Source of the DNA: Camelus dromedarius
Lineage: Eukaryota
Assembly (NCBI RefSeq): GCF_036321535.1
Contig: NC_087459.1
Span: forward strand, 8,494,001 to 8,558,000
Reading direction: 5' to 3'
DNA length: 64,000 nt
Shown: piece after piece, positions 32,801-64,000 of the stretch
Numbering within the stretch: position 1 is the stretch's first letter
How the letters are laid out: the number at the start of each line of letters is the position of its first letter
Translations under genes and position numbers: made by a program
The notes under the pieces: model-generated
Database searches by the model: none
Told to the model about the DNA's origin: nothing
Seen by the model: the letters and a program-made list of their open reading frames with translations, nothing else

Positions 32801-35800
32801 CCGCACTGCGGCTCTTCTGTGTTCTCGGCCCTAGCTCTTTAGTCTTGTTCCGACCTCAGTGCATTGTGTGGAGGAGTTGGCACCTCGGGGGTCTCCATTT
32901 GTGTGGGAACCCCGGGTGCTTTTCTGTCAGTGTGTACACTTGTGGGTGTGTGCACAACTGGGTATATGTGTGAATATGCAGGTCCCTCTGAGGGTCATGC
33001 ATGTGTGTACCTGAGGGGGGGTGTCACAGTAAGGGCACACCTGTGTGTGCCTGCATCAATTGAGTGAGCATGTGTGTGTACTGGACTGCGTGCACGTGAG
33101 TTTACAGATCTGCACCCCTAGATGTATGTGTGGGGACAGGTCTGTGTGCCTGGAAGTGTGTGTGAGCTGGGCTGTGTGTGTGTGTGTGTGTACATACCCT
33201 CCTTGTTGTGGCTGCGTGTATATGTGGCCAGGCCTGTGTGTCTGCCTACCTGGTTATGGGTAGTTGCCAGTGTGTCTGCAGGCCGATATACTAGTGTGTG
33301 TCCTGTCTGATGGTGTCTGTGTCCTGGGGGATGTTGCCGCTGGTGGCAGCATGATCCTCTCCTGGGAGGCTGCTGGGCAGCCTGGCAGGGGTCACTGGCC
33401 ACAGCCCATTGGCCTCCTGCAGCTGTAGATAAAGACTAGGGGGAGGTTCTCTGCAGGTTCTGACCCCTGACCCCCTGACGGGGGTATCCATCTCCTACTG
33501 AGACTCACCTGGCTCAGGTCCAGTCTTCCTCCACCTATTCGGCTCACGGTCTTCTGTGTTCCCCCAGCACCTGAGAGTGTGTGGCTAGTCCTGGGACCTA
33601 GGGATTAGTAAATCGGTTCTTGGCTGGGCTGGGAGCTGAACTCCTCTTCTACCCCTAGAGCTTTTGTATATCCATCTGTCTAGCATCCTTTCTTTTACTC
33701 AGTGTCAGCTGGGTAAGGCAGTTTGCTGAAGGAGGGTGGATGTCAGGGCCAGAGAGTTTGGCTTGATAGGCCGTGGGGAGGGCCTGGCAGACCTAGTACC
33801 TGGCCTCTGTGTAGCAGCCAGTGCCATCATTAACCCAAGGGTGATGCTTACCCCAGGCCTCCTGGAGTGCTAATCTCTAAGAACTTAAGACACGGGACCA
33901 TGTGACACCTTCCCACTATCCTGGGAGAGAGGAGGTTCAGTTACAGCTCCCATTTTACAGATGAGGAAACTGAAGCTTGGAGATACCAAATGACTCATCT
34001 AGGTCTCACAGTCAGGAAGCATCAGGGCGCTGGGGTCCTCCTGTGACTCTATGGGTCATGGGGAGAAGGAGGTACAGAGGAGGGCTGGGGCAAACATGGG
34101 TCTGGTTCAAACTCTCCTATTTGTTGACAACATCTACTGAGAAACTGGTGGGGGTCCTGTCTGCCCTCCCCCAGGGCTCCGGTAGGGGTTGAGGTATTGC
34201 CCTTCCTACTGCAATGCCCAGTGGGCACTGCTCCTTCCCCTGCGGGCACACACTGGCATGTATGCTCCATGGCCACACACATGCTCTTGATACTTCACAG
34301 ACACCTGCAAACCACACCTCTCCCTCAGGTGGATCTGCCCCTCCCTACCTCTGCCTGCTGGGTCTCGATTCGGCTTATTGGGTGTTTTGTGGGTACCTGA
34401 GTAGGTGTTTTGCCTCAGGAACCCAGATGTTCTCTCTGCAGGTCCAGCAGCAATAGGTCCAAGATCATGGTCTGAAAGAGAGCAGAAGGCCTAGAGGCAG
34501 AGATTTAGATTTCCACGTTTCACCACCAGAAAAGACAGAAGTAGGCACAGACACACTGAGACTGGGACTCAGGGAGACACCTCTCTCCCTCAAACCCAGA
34601 TGGAGACAGACCTTGATACAGAAAGATGCACACAGCAGACACTGTCTTTGTCACTTCCCAGCCCCTCCTGGAGAAGACCCTGGGCTGAGCCGAGGCCCTG
34701 CAAGTCCCTGGCAGCCCTTGCAGCCTGAGCCCTGGTGTCAGGAGCCCCAGGAGAAGAGGGAGGGAGCTGCCAGAGCCTGGGGGTGGGGGGTGGAGCCGGC
34801 GGGCCTCTCGGTCCAGCCGCCCACCCCTGTCCCTGCCTGCCACCCTGGGCCAGCCCTGGGTGGTACCACTGTGATGTGCTGCCCGGAGTGCTGGCTGTGA
34901 CCTGCTCCCACCACCTACCTGTCCCAGGTGGTGCAGAGGATCAAGGCTGTGGAGGGGCAGACTCGGCTGCTGGTGGTGGACAAGGAGACAGATGAGGAGC
35001 TCCGCCGGCGGCAGCTGACCTGCACTGAGGAGATGGCTCAGCGAGGGTTGCCGCCTGCTCATGACCCCTGGGAGCCAAAGCTGGACTGGCCCCGTGCAGG
35101 CAGCCTCAGCTCTGAGGTTGGCCAGAAGGTATGGCGGGCTCTGCCCACAGGGACCACCCTGGCCTCTCCTAGAACCACCTTCCCTGCCTCTTGATGGCAT
35201 TCTCCGCCTCTGGTCCCTTCCGGAAGTATCTGTCTCCAACTCTTCTGCGTCTCTGGGCCCCTTCTCTGCCCCTGGTTACTACCCTCTTGGCCACTTGGAG
35301 CCACTCTTTCTGCCCTCAGCCTGTGTTCTAAACCAGGTGGGGTCAGGGCATCCTTGCTCTGGTCCCTGGCCCCCAACTCCAGCCGTCTTCCCCAGAATGC
35401 TCATCAGAGCCACTTGTCCAAGGAGGGGTCACTCTGACAAGCCTCCCGCTCCCTGGCCTAGGGGCTGAGGAACCCAGGGAGGGGCTGCTGGGAGGTCCTG
35501 GGACTGAGTGTGCTCAGCTCAGTGCCTGTGTTGGGCGTCTGTCTGCTTGTGGCTCCATCCCTGTCTGTTTGTCTGAGGAGCCTGCTTGTGCTGTGAAGAC
35601 CTCAGAGGGGGATGGCCCTCCTCCATGGGGGCAGCTGAGGAGACTCTCTAAGCTGGGTACTCAGCTCGGGGTCTGTAAGGACTGGGGCGCCTCCCCCTTC
35701 TCGCTACCCCACCCTCCCCTCTTCCCCTTCCAGTCAGGAAGAGCTAGGAAAGAAGGACAGGATGGGGAGCCTTGCCCTACCTCTTTCTAGATAGCAGGGC

Positions 35801-38800
35801 CTCGGGGGGGTGCCCCTCCCTGGGCAGCACCTGGAGGCCAGGCACAGGAGCCTGGGGCTTTTTGTTCTGCTGTCCTGGAAGCCCCTTGTTACTGTCTCTC
35901 ATGCTCCCTCTACCCTTTTTTTTCCCCTAAAGAGAAAAATCTGTTAAAAGGGGATTCAAGAGCAGGGGTTCCCAGATCCAACTTTGAGAACCAGTGGCCT
36001 AGGGCTGGTGGAGGTGTGAGATCTGAAGTTTCTGGATGTGCAGGGGACCCTGACATCTGCCTTGTGCCTTTCTTAAATGTCACCTTTGCGCTAGCTGGTT
36101 GTGCCTGTGACCCGGATGCTGCAGGGCCTGGGGCTTTTCCTAGGGGAGACCGCCTTCCCAGTGGGAAGGCAGCCCCAGGCACAGGCCTGAGCGTGAACCC
36201 CTGCAACCCTTTTTGTTCCCTGTGGCTTGAGGGCAGGTGTAGGGGTGGTGAGGGCCACAGTGCCAAGTCCCGGAGGCTGGAATTTGTCCCAGGAGCCACT
36301 GACAGCCAGAGTAGGGGGTGTTCGGGTCAGATCTGTGTTCTCAGGGGAGCCCTGGGACCGTGTGCTGGTTGACTGCTGTCGCCAACCTGAGGGCTGGGGC
36401 TCCCCTCCTTCCCAGGGCATCTCATCCCCAGGAGGAAGCGCCCCCTCCCCCTCGGCATTTGTCCATTGATTTAGACACAAATGGCTGAGTTCACCTTCCT
36501 GTGGAAAAATCTGCCCTTGGGCCTTATCTGGAGGGTGGGGAGGCACCTTGTCCTTGGGTGGGACCTTCCCCCTCCACTATTTCAGGCTCTGGGGACTGCA
36601 GGAAGCCCTAGGAGGGGTCTTCCTCTGGGTATATTTTTAGAGGAACAAAGTGAGACCTGTCCGGTCCCTCTGTGGTTGGGGCTGGCCTGGGGACAGGGAC
36701 CCCAGAAGGTCAGGGGAGTCTCTGAGGACAGGGTCTCTCTCTTCCCTCCAGGCCAGAGACCCAGTATTTAATTGGTTGAGCTCAGAGCACTGGAAGGACA
36801 AATGGGCCTCTGCTGACCTCCACAAACCAAGCTTAACTTTCACCCACCATGGGCTGCCAGGGAGCCTGGGAGGATGATGCTTAAATGCAGGGCTGTGCCC
36901 TTATGGGCCTCCAAGGCAGCAGGACTGGAGAACTGAGGTGGGGTGTGTGTGGTTTGCTTTGGTGTAGGATGAAGGGGACCACCCTTGGTGCCCTAGGGGA
37001 GGGACAGGCTAAGGTGGGAGTCAGGGCCCTATGGGCCCCCTTTCAGCCTAAGTTTCCTCTGTCCTGGGCAGGGATAGGGGAGGTGGCACAGAGAAGGACA
37101 CTGATATCGCTGGGCCCTCCCTTCGGGGGGCTGGTCAGGGCCTCGTCAGTGGTGACTCAGCCCCGGGCCAGACTGGGCTGGGGTGGCTGCAGCTGCAGTG
37201 CAGCTGATCCTGACAGTGATGATAGGGGACCGCCCCCAAACGGAGACAGGGCAGCTAGCGGTGCCAGGGCTGTGGGGGTATGATAGGTGCTGAGCCCTCC
37301 TGTCCCTCATGCCCAGCCCGTCCCTCCACCTACAGTTCTGGAGGCCTTCGGGGGCAGAGAGATAGTGAGGTGCCAGAGTCCTGCAGAGGGTGGCTGCCTA
37401 CTATAGGTTCCTATGTCTGCAAGAGGGCTTTGGGGCTCCCTGGTTCCTGCTCCCCGTCCCCCCATGAACTGCACCAGGACTGTCTTATGTTTCAGGGCTA
37501 GAGTCACCTCCTTGTCTCCCCAGCCCTGGGTCCTGGGAGTAGGGCAGGGCCTCCCAGCAGTTTCCTTCCTTACTTTCTTGGGACGGAAACCCAGCTGGTG
37601 GGGGGTGCCTGGCTGGAGCCTGAGCAGGGAGGGGGGCTCCCCAAAGTGACTCAGCCCCATGCCCCCACCCATCCCTGGGGAACCTGTGCCACAGTTGGAG
37701 GCAGATAAATGGGGTGGCAGCCTGAGCAGGCCAGAGAGCTCAGGCCACTCCAGCTGGACGCTCACTGCCTGCCACTGCTGTCCCGCCTCCCATGGCCCGC
37801 TCTGGGAAGGCTACACCACCCACCCTGGCCTCAGGAGGCCCTCCACGGAGCCCATCCCGGGGGCTTGTGCAGGTCAGGTGGGTGAGGATGGGGTGGGACG
37901 TGAGGACCCCAGCAGCCAGCTTAGCCTGTGTCCCCCAGGGTTGGGAGAAGGGACTCTGGGGACCCTGGTGACCATGGTATGAGCAGGCTGGACCCTGAGC
38001 AACAATGGGGGCCTTTCTCTGCCAGGGCTGGTGAGTCACCATCTGGGGGGGCACAGCCCGGCTTGGGGGTACTCTCATGCTAGCCTCTTTGTCTGATCAC
38101 AGGCATGGCTGGGAGATTCAGGCTTGTCTAGCTCTGGGACCGCCAGGATGGGAACTGGGGCTTGGGAGCCTGTGGGAGCCCGAGGGCCCAGCTGGGAGGC
38201 GGCAGGAAGTGCTCTGAGCTAGGGCAGGAGCCAGGAATGTGAGCAATGCGGGGCCAAGCCTGCGCCCCCTCCTGATCCACTGCTCTCTCCGCCTCCCCAC
38301 TGGTCCTCCCTGCTGGGTCTCCACGCAGCCAGGCTCCCCCAATTCCCATTGCAGCCCCTCAACCTGAGGGTCTAGGGCCTAGTTTGGCACTCCTTGGACC
38401 CTGACCATAAGAGAGGGATTTAGGCCAGATATTAGGAGAAACCTCTTGGCCATGCTGGATTGAGGCAGGGAGACGGCCACTATGGTCTCAAACCGGATGT
38501 GATTTCATTCAGCCTGGCCTCATGGCCCCGGATGCCCCCCCAATCCTGCTTCCCGTTTGGGGGCCTTGAGAGACCCCTCCCTGGAACCATTGTGGAGGGC
38601 GTGGGAAGAGGCCACGGGGCCCGCCGCAGAGGGACATCCTTTCATGCAATAGGTCACTGTGCACGTCTGTTTGGAAGCGTATGTTTGGATGTCTGGTCTC
38701 TGCAACCCTGTGATTTGCCTCTGCCACTTGGGCCCATGGCCACATGCGAGGTGTGGTCCTGTAGCACCTCCACGTTCCATGCATGGCCCTAGCCCTGGCT

Positions 38801-40635
38801 CTGCTCCATCTGGCCCAGCTTGGGACCTGTGCTCTGACAGCCCAAACCTGAGAGGCACCTCCTGGGGAGGTGTGGGCCCACCACAGAGCTGCATACCTGT
38901 ACTTCCAGGTATGTCTTGGGGAGGGGATGAGTCTGTAAGTGAGGTCCTGGAGAACTTGGGGGTCTCACAACCCCCAGTTCAGCCCACATTGCCTGGCCAC
39001 GCCGCTGGGGGCTGGAGGAGCAGCAGCCTGGTCCCCAGAGTTCCTGTGGTTTCAGGGCAGATGGTGGCCTGCAGTGGGGGTCCGACGGGGCAGGCTTTGA
39101 GGGTCAGGGAAGGAGTCCTGGAGAAGGGACACAGGCTAAACCAGAAGGTGTTCCCCATAGGTAGGAAGGCCCAGAGACCAGGGCAAGTTACCACCCTGTG
39201 AAGAAAGACATGCTTAGTTCCGCAGCCAGGCGGCCTCAGTCGGATTTGGGATTTGGAAGGAGCTCGGAGGCCTGGAAGCTGGCCCTCCCTCAGTACCACC
39301 CCCGGTCTGGCCCAGGGTCTGTCCATCACCACACACAGGGAGGTGGAAGGAAAGGAAGGGGCCCTGGTGAGCACCCCCACCTCGCTTAGTCTCACCTACT
39401 TGCGCACTTGAGCCCCGAGTGTCCAGGAAACCTGAGCTGCTGGCCGCCTGCTCACTCCGGCCACCGCCATGTTGAGTTGAGCACCAGCGGCTGCTGGCCA
39501 CTCAGCACTGTGGTCACTGCCTCAGGCCCCAGCTGGGTGGGGGTACTGGGGTCTGGCCCCTGCCTGCACGGCTCCCCACACCCCACAGCCCAGAGCCCTA
39601 CTGCAGGATGCCAGAGGTAAGGGAGGCAGGGGCTTGGGGTGTGGATGGGGGCACCCTCAGGGCACCCTGGGCCTGCTGGGTGGGCAGAGAAGGTGGGAGG
39701 GCAGGCCCCATCCTCGGCCCTCTCACTCTCTCCCTCCCTGGGCTCCAGCTCAGGCATCTCTGGGCTCTGTGGTGGTGAGGGCAGCTCCAGTTTGCTCTGG
39801 AATGTGAAAGCAAACACAAACACGGCTAGCCACACTGCCACCAGCCCTATGGAGACCTCTGGGAGAGAAAACAAAACTGCCAGGTCCAACCCGGCCAGTC
39901 CCACGCTGTGAGGGGGGGTCGGCGGGGAGCAGGTGGGGCCCAAGGGGACAGCCGTCCTGGAACACTAGCTCATCTCACCTGGTCTCTCCTAGGACCCTGG
40001 TCTGTGCTCACCCCTATCCTTGAGCCCACTGATTCTCCCAGCACCCCCATAAGGCCCTTGATCCCATTGCTAGTGATTTTGGGGTTTGGAAACTGAGACT
40101 TTGTCCAAGATCCTGAAGCTGGATCGGTCACAGGCAGCCTCAGGGGTCCCCTGGGGCATGGGTGTGCAGCAGCAGTGTTGATCTCTGCCATCTGGGGTTG
40201 CTGAGGGGGTGGGTGAGGGCATGATGCCAAGTGTGGGGTTGGGGCTCCCTCCTGCCACCTTTGTGGCTGTGTCCACACACTGGACGGGAGGCCTCAGGGG
40301 TGGGGTCAGTACCTCTAAGGGTGGGAGGTCAGGGCTGGAGCCTCACCTGCATCCCCTGTGCCTGCAGGATGTCAATGGGCCCCTGAGGGAGCTGCGCCCG
40401 AGACTCTGCCACCTGCGAAAAGGTCCCCAGGGCTACGGGTTTAACTTGCACAGTGACAAGTCCCGGCCTGGACAGTACATCCGCTCTGTGGACCCAGGTT
40501 CACCTGCCGCTCACTCTGGCCTCCGTGCCCAGGACCGACTCATCGAGGTACCTGCTGCCGGGACTTGGGGTGCCAGGTACCCCATGTGTGAGTGTCTGTG
40601 TCTGTGTCCTTTCTGTATGTGTCTTCACCCATGCC

Positions 40636-40666
<31 letters not shown>

Positions 40667-41924
40667 CTGGGCCCTGGGTCCTCACTGGGTGGAGGGGAGA
40701 TGCCGGGAACCTGAGCTGTCACTCCTCTTGCTGCTGTAGCTGATGACAGTATTGATGAATATTTGATGCCTCCCCTGGCTGGGTGGCTTGGGGGGCTGGC
40801 TGGGGCCTGCCCTCAGGCAGCACTGACCCTATGCTGGTGGCGGCAGGTGAATGGGCAGAATGTGGAGGGGCTGCGCCATGCAGAGGTGGTGGCAATCATC
40901 AAGGCACGGGAGGACGAGGCCCGGCTGTTGGTGGTGGACCCCGAATCGGATGAGTACTTCAAGAGGCTGCGGGTCACACCCACCGAGGAACATGTAGAAG
41001 GTGGGCTGCTGCCCTAGGGGCCAGGGCTGGGGTGCAGCATTGGGGGGCTGGGTGGCCACTGACACACTGTCCCCACAGGTCCATTGCCATCACCAGTCAC
41101 CAACGGGACCAGCTCCTCCCAGGTGAGAGGGTGGGAGTGGACAGGGTGGACCCAGGTGGGCCCCTCTGGGGGATCCCCAGGCTTGACAGAGTCCCTCCCA
41201 AGATCTCTGTCCTTGTGTAGGTACAGTGGCCCTGTCACTCCCAGCTTTAGTGCCCCGTGCATCCTGGGTCCTGGGTTAGCTACACCCCAGCCCCGTAGGA
41301 CAATATAGTGGAGGCTCAGTGGCCACTGCCAAACCAAGGAGGAAATGCAGCTCTGGTGTATGCATGTGTGTATGTGTGTATGCGTGTGTGCGTGTAAGCC
41401 TGTGTGTGCACCAGCAGCTCCTAGGCAGGGCCCCTAAAGCCATGCCTTACCGTTGGTTTCCCAGCTCAATGGTGGCTCAGCATGCTCGTCCCGAAGTGAT
41501 CTGCCTGGCTTAGACAAGGACACTGAGGTAGCGGGTGCCTGTCCACCTCCACTGCTATGTTCACACATTGGGGGTCCTGAGGCCCTGGGAGCGGGTGTCT
41601 GGAACTGACAGCCTGTGAGGCCACCACCTCTAGGAAGCCCTCCTGGGCCTGCTGCCCCAGCCCTACCAGGTGGCCTCTGGTGTGAGCTCTCTGGGAAGGG
41701 TCACCTGTCCAAGGGCTTGGGTCCAGGGCTCACTCTGGCCACCTGCCTACCGTGTCCGCCCCTAGGACAGCAGCACCTGGAAACACGACCCTTTTCAGGA
41801 GAGTGGCCTCCACCTGAGCCCCACGGCGGCTGAGGCCAAGGAGAAGGCGAGAGCCACTAGGGTCAACAAGCGGGCGCCGCAGATGGACTGGAACCGGAAG
41901 CGAGAGATCTTTAGCAACTTCTGA
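32274..41924 (+). CDS. SLC9A3R2: Na+/H+ exchanger regulatory factor 2 (NHERF2; two PDZ domains plus ERM-binding tail), 7 exons, 337 aa
   Basis: Exons 32274-32486, 34928-35128, 40368-40547, 40847-41000, 41079-41122, 41465-41527, 41766-41924, total 1014 nt. Two GYGF PDZ loops and the C-terminus [13 protein letters not shown]. Confidence 0.98.
33930..34020 (-). mobile_element. MIR core
   Basis: cccattttacagatgaggaaactgaagc. Confidence 0.65.
40641..40666. repeat. (GT)13 microsatellite, SLC9A3R2 intron 3
   Basis: Perfect dinucleotide run. Other TG-rich blocks lie at ~32860-33320 and ~41355-41410. Confidence 0.9.
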
Positions 41925-42384
41925 GCCCCTCCCTGCCTGTCCCCCGGCTGGGCCTCCTCCCTGCACGGACCTTGGGCCTTGCCCCTTGGGCCCCGTCCAC
42001 AGCTCCCCAAGCCTCAGTGGACAGGAGGGGGGCATCCTCACCCCCTAAGCTATGGTGGTCCCACCACCACCCAGGAACCCGTGCCCTAGCGAGCCCTGAT
42101 CCTGCCTCCTCCCTGCTGGGTGCTGGGGGAGCATGGCAGCAAGATGAGGACAGGGAGCCCCTAAGATGTGAGAGACACCCAGAGAGAAAGTGATTAGAGA
42201 AGAGAGAGGGAGAGGCAGTGGTGATCGTGGGGCCGGGCCCTTGCTGTTCTGCCTGGGCCTGCTGACTTAAAGGAATTTGTGTTACTGCTTTTTTTCCAAA
42301 AAGAGCTCTAGCTCCACACATGTTTCCACTTAGACCAGAGCCCCCGCCTCCACCACCCTCAGGACATGCTCTCTAAATAACTGC

Positions 42385-42390
42385 AATAAA
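42385..42390 (+). terminator. SLC9A3R2: SLC9A3R2 poly(A) signal
   Basis: AATAAA ~460 nt after the stop. A second AATAAA lies at 42889-42894. Confidence 0.8.
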
Positions 42391-43662
42391 ACAAACCTTT
42401 CTCTGCAAACCGTTTCCTCCCCACCCCCTCAGCAGCAGCCATCGCAAGTGGAAGTCAGTCCCAGGGACTTCCAGGGACAGAGCTGGGGGGCTCCCAGGCT
42501 GTGTTCATGCCGGCTTTGGGTGAGGCTGGGGTTGCCAGTTCATGTGGCTGTAGGAACTGCCCCTCTGCTCCATCCCTGCCCTCCCTGGGGTGGGGATGTC
42601 TGGGGTTCAGGGCCTGGGCTCTTTGACGGGCCTGAGGATGGAGGCCCTGTGCCCCTGAAGAGGGCAGCCTCTGGACAGGCCCTTTGTCCCTGAACAGCAG
42701 CCTCAGGTTTTCGAGGTGTGACTCTGAGGGCCTGTCCCCAGGAAGGACCTCAGGCTCTGGGCTTGGCCCCCGCTGGGAGCCCTCCTTGAGGAAACCCCAC
42801 CAACTCTGCCTTCCCCCCTGCCCAGAACCTGACCAACTGACCGACATCGCTGTCTGCCCTGTAAGCCATAGCGCATGCGCGCCCTAGGAATAAAGTCTTT
42901 CCTTGGAGCCTTGGCTGTCTCTGTCCTTGCTGAACCTTCAGTTTGCGCGGAGATAAGAGTGTCATGGTCCAAGCAGGGGCGTGCAGCCGAGCAGCTCCCC
43001 AAGTCTCAGCTGCTGGAAACTGAGTCCCATTCCTAAGCCTCCCCTCCCCAAATCCGTCTGCCTGGCAGCCAAGCCCAGGCCCCTCTTAGTTCCTGCTCCT
43101 TTTTTATCCCCCTCTCCTCCCCAGCCTACTTGGGATCCCCATGCCTCAGAAACCTTACCCCCTCTCACCCGCATCTCCCTGTGAAGCCTTCTGGGCCCCT
43201 GACACCCACAGCAGGTACACACAGGTCACGCCTTCGGCCCTGTGGTGCCCTGCCTAGGCCTGCTAGTGTTCCTTTGAGGCCAGGTGGCTCTGTAAACACT
43301 GGGGGTGGGGCCTCCTGGCAGAGGCTGGGCTCTCAGGGTGCACAAGTTCAGGAGGGGGCTGTGTTTCCAGGTCCCCAGCCAGATGCTGAGGGAGGCAGCC
43401 CAGGCTTCCAGTATCCCCAGCGGCTTCTGACAGCTGGCTGCAGCTGGCTCCCACGATCCAGCCCCCCAGCCCTCCCAGGCTCCTGCTCCCCCGCCTCCCC
43501 TCGAGCTCACAGCACAGATTGTCACGTCCCCATCCCGGCCTCCCAGGCGGCCCCATTCCAGACACACGTAAGCACAGGCACACAGCTCATGCATGTGCTT
43601 CCCAGCCTGCCCCCATCCCCTAGGGGTAGAAGTCAGACCTTAACTGCAAACAACCCCCAAGC

Positions 43663-43668
43663 TTTATT
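43663..43668 (-). terminator. NTHL1: NTHL1 poly(A) signal
   Basis: TTTATT on +, ~80 nt after the stop. Confidence 0.85.
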
Positions 43669-43748
43669 ATAAACAGGCTGTGGCTCCCCAGCAAAGGCAC
43701 AGAACAGATAGTAGCCAAAGTGGCGCCCAGGCAGAGGCCCCATGGCCC

Positions 43749-49536
<5,788 letters not shown>

Positions 49537-49674
49537 CCCGGCGACGCCCGCGGCCCCGTCACGTTACTCGACATCCGCCCAGCCTTTCCGCGGGAGATCC
49601 ACCCAGAACTACGACTCCCAGCAAGCCCTACGCCAGCCCCCGGCGCCCTCCCGCTGCCGGAAGCGTGGGGGCGC

Positions 49675-49756
49675 GCTTCCGGCGGCGGCTTGGGGCCGGG
49701 GGTGTGCTCGGTTCTCCGCTCCGGGACGGCCCGGCGCGTGGCAGGCGCGGTCAGTG
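49675..49756 (+). other. TSC2: TSC2 non-coding exon 1 (5' end approximate)
   Basis: GC-rich exon ending in G|GTGAGT, resembling human TSC2 exon 1. It would splice to the acceptor at 50287. Confidence 0.65.
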
Positions 49757-50204
49757 GTGAGTGGCTCGCGGTGTTCCGACCGCTGGCGCCTGCTCCGACC
49801 GCGGGGTGGCCGGCCCCGACAGGGCCGCAGGGGAGGCGGCCTCTCCGGGCCTGCTTCGCGCTAAGGCGGCGGGGGCGGACCCCGCAGTGTCCGCGCCCAC
49901 TGCAGCCTAACCCTGGAGCTCCAAGCTTTCTTTGGTTTTAAGTCATGTCTGGTGCGAGGGAGTCCCTGCTTCTGGCATCCCCTGATAGTCCTCCACAGGG
50001 GGAGATGGCAAACGTCAGGGCTCCTTGGACTCCACGGCGGCCGCCCCCGTCCCCAGTTCCCCTCCCTCACTCCATGCATTGAGTCAGGCGATGCGGGTGT
50101 GCGGCCTGGCATTTCCCAAGTTTATTTCTGGGCGAGACCTCCGGGTTGTGGTTAAGTTCTCCCTGGGGCTGTGGGAGGAAAGAACGTGCCCACTAGAGAC
50201 CTAG

Positions 50205-63278
<13,074 letters not shown>

Positions 63279-63529
63279 GTGGGCCTCTGCTCTCTGGGAG
63301 GGGGTGATGACCAGCTGTATCTTGGTGGAGGGCTGTTTTTTAGGGACACATCTCCAGGGAGACCTGGATACTCCCTGGAGTTGCAGAGGGCATTTGCATG
63401 TGGAGGGACCAGGTCAGAGCCCTCAGGGAAGGGCGGACGAGGCCCAGCCAGAGCTGGTCCGTGCCGAAATGGTCCTGTGTCAGTGCCAGAACCACCCCCT
63501 TGGCTCTAACCACATCCGCAGTGTGTGGT

Positions 63530-63666
63530 CTTTTTTTCCTTTGATGAGGGGTGGTAATTAGGTTATTTATTTATTTATGTATTTATTTAACAGAGGGACT
63601 GGGGATTGAACTCAGGACCTTGTGCATGCTAAGCAGGCACTCTACCACTGAGCTATACCCTCCCCC
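63530..63666 (-). mobile_element. tRNA-Ala-derived SINE (Vic-1-like), TSC2 intron 16
   Basis: Reverse complement of the same family, with TSD-like tggtcttttt on both sides. Confidence 0.85.
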
Positions 63667-63674
63667 ACTGTTTG

Positions 63675-64000
63675 GTCTTTTTTGATAGCTTTATTAAGAT
63701 GTAACTCTTACACCATACAGTCTATCTGTGTAAAGCATATGATTCAGCAGATTTCAGTATATTCACTGAGTTGTGCAGTTGTCACTACAGATGATTTTAG
63801 AACATCTTCATCACCCCAGAGAAACTCCGTACCTATCAGCCCTCACTCCTCCTTCTCCCTTCATCACCCCCGGCCCTTGGCAATCACTCATCTGCTTTCT
63901 GTCTGTGAATTTGCTTGTTCTGGGCACTTCATAGAAGCGGAATCTTGCAATATGTGCCCTCTTGTGTCTGGCATCTTTTATTGAGGATAATGTCTTCAAG
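63675..64000 (-). mobile_element. Old L1M 3' end
   Basis: tttttgatagctttattaagat...agtatattcactgagttgtgca...ttttagaacatcttcatcacccc, the typical L1M 3' end in reverse. Confidence 0.7.

Noticed and set aside
31875-32842. Overlapping long ORFs in several frames at the SLC9A3R2, ZNF598 and NTHL1/TSC2 CpG islands
   Set aside because: Stop codons are depleted in sequence this GC-rich. Only the frames matching known proteins are supported.

Overview
GC-rich mammalian genomic DNA, orthologous to the human 16p13.3 block SYNGR3(+), ZNF598(-), NPW(+), SLC9A3R2/NHERF2(+), NTHL1(-), TSC2(+, 5' part only). All exons were placed by hand at splice signals and concatenate in frame: SYNGR3 229 aa, ZNF598 920 aa, NPW 187 aa from a CUG start, NHERF2 337 aa, NTHL1 312 aa, TSC2 coding exons 2-16. 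Four tRNA-Ala-derived SINEs of Vic-1 type, with no Alu, Bov-A or PRE-1 seen, point to a camelid (inference). I see no wholly new multi-gene system. The most notable items are a pure (CAG)19 polyQ tract in ZNF598, a candidate MGNC-initiated alternative first exon of NHERF2, a GC-AG donor in TSC2, a pre-miRNA-like hairpin beside the ZNF598 promoter, an intact solo ERV1-type LTR upstream of NPW, and a poly(A)-only insertion with a 14-bp TSD. Comparisons with human proteins are from memory and need checking. There is one 160-N assembly gap.
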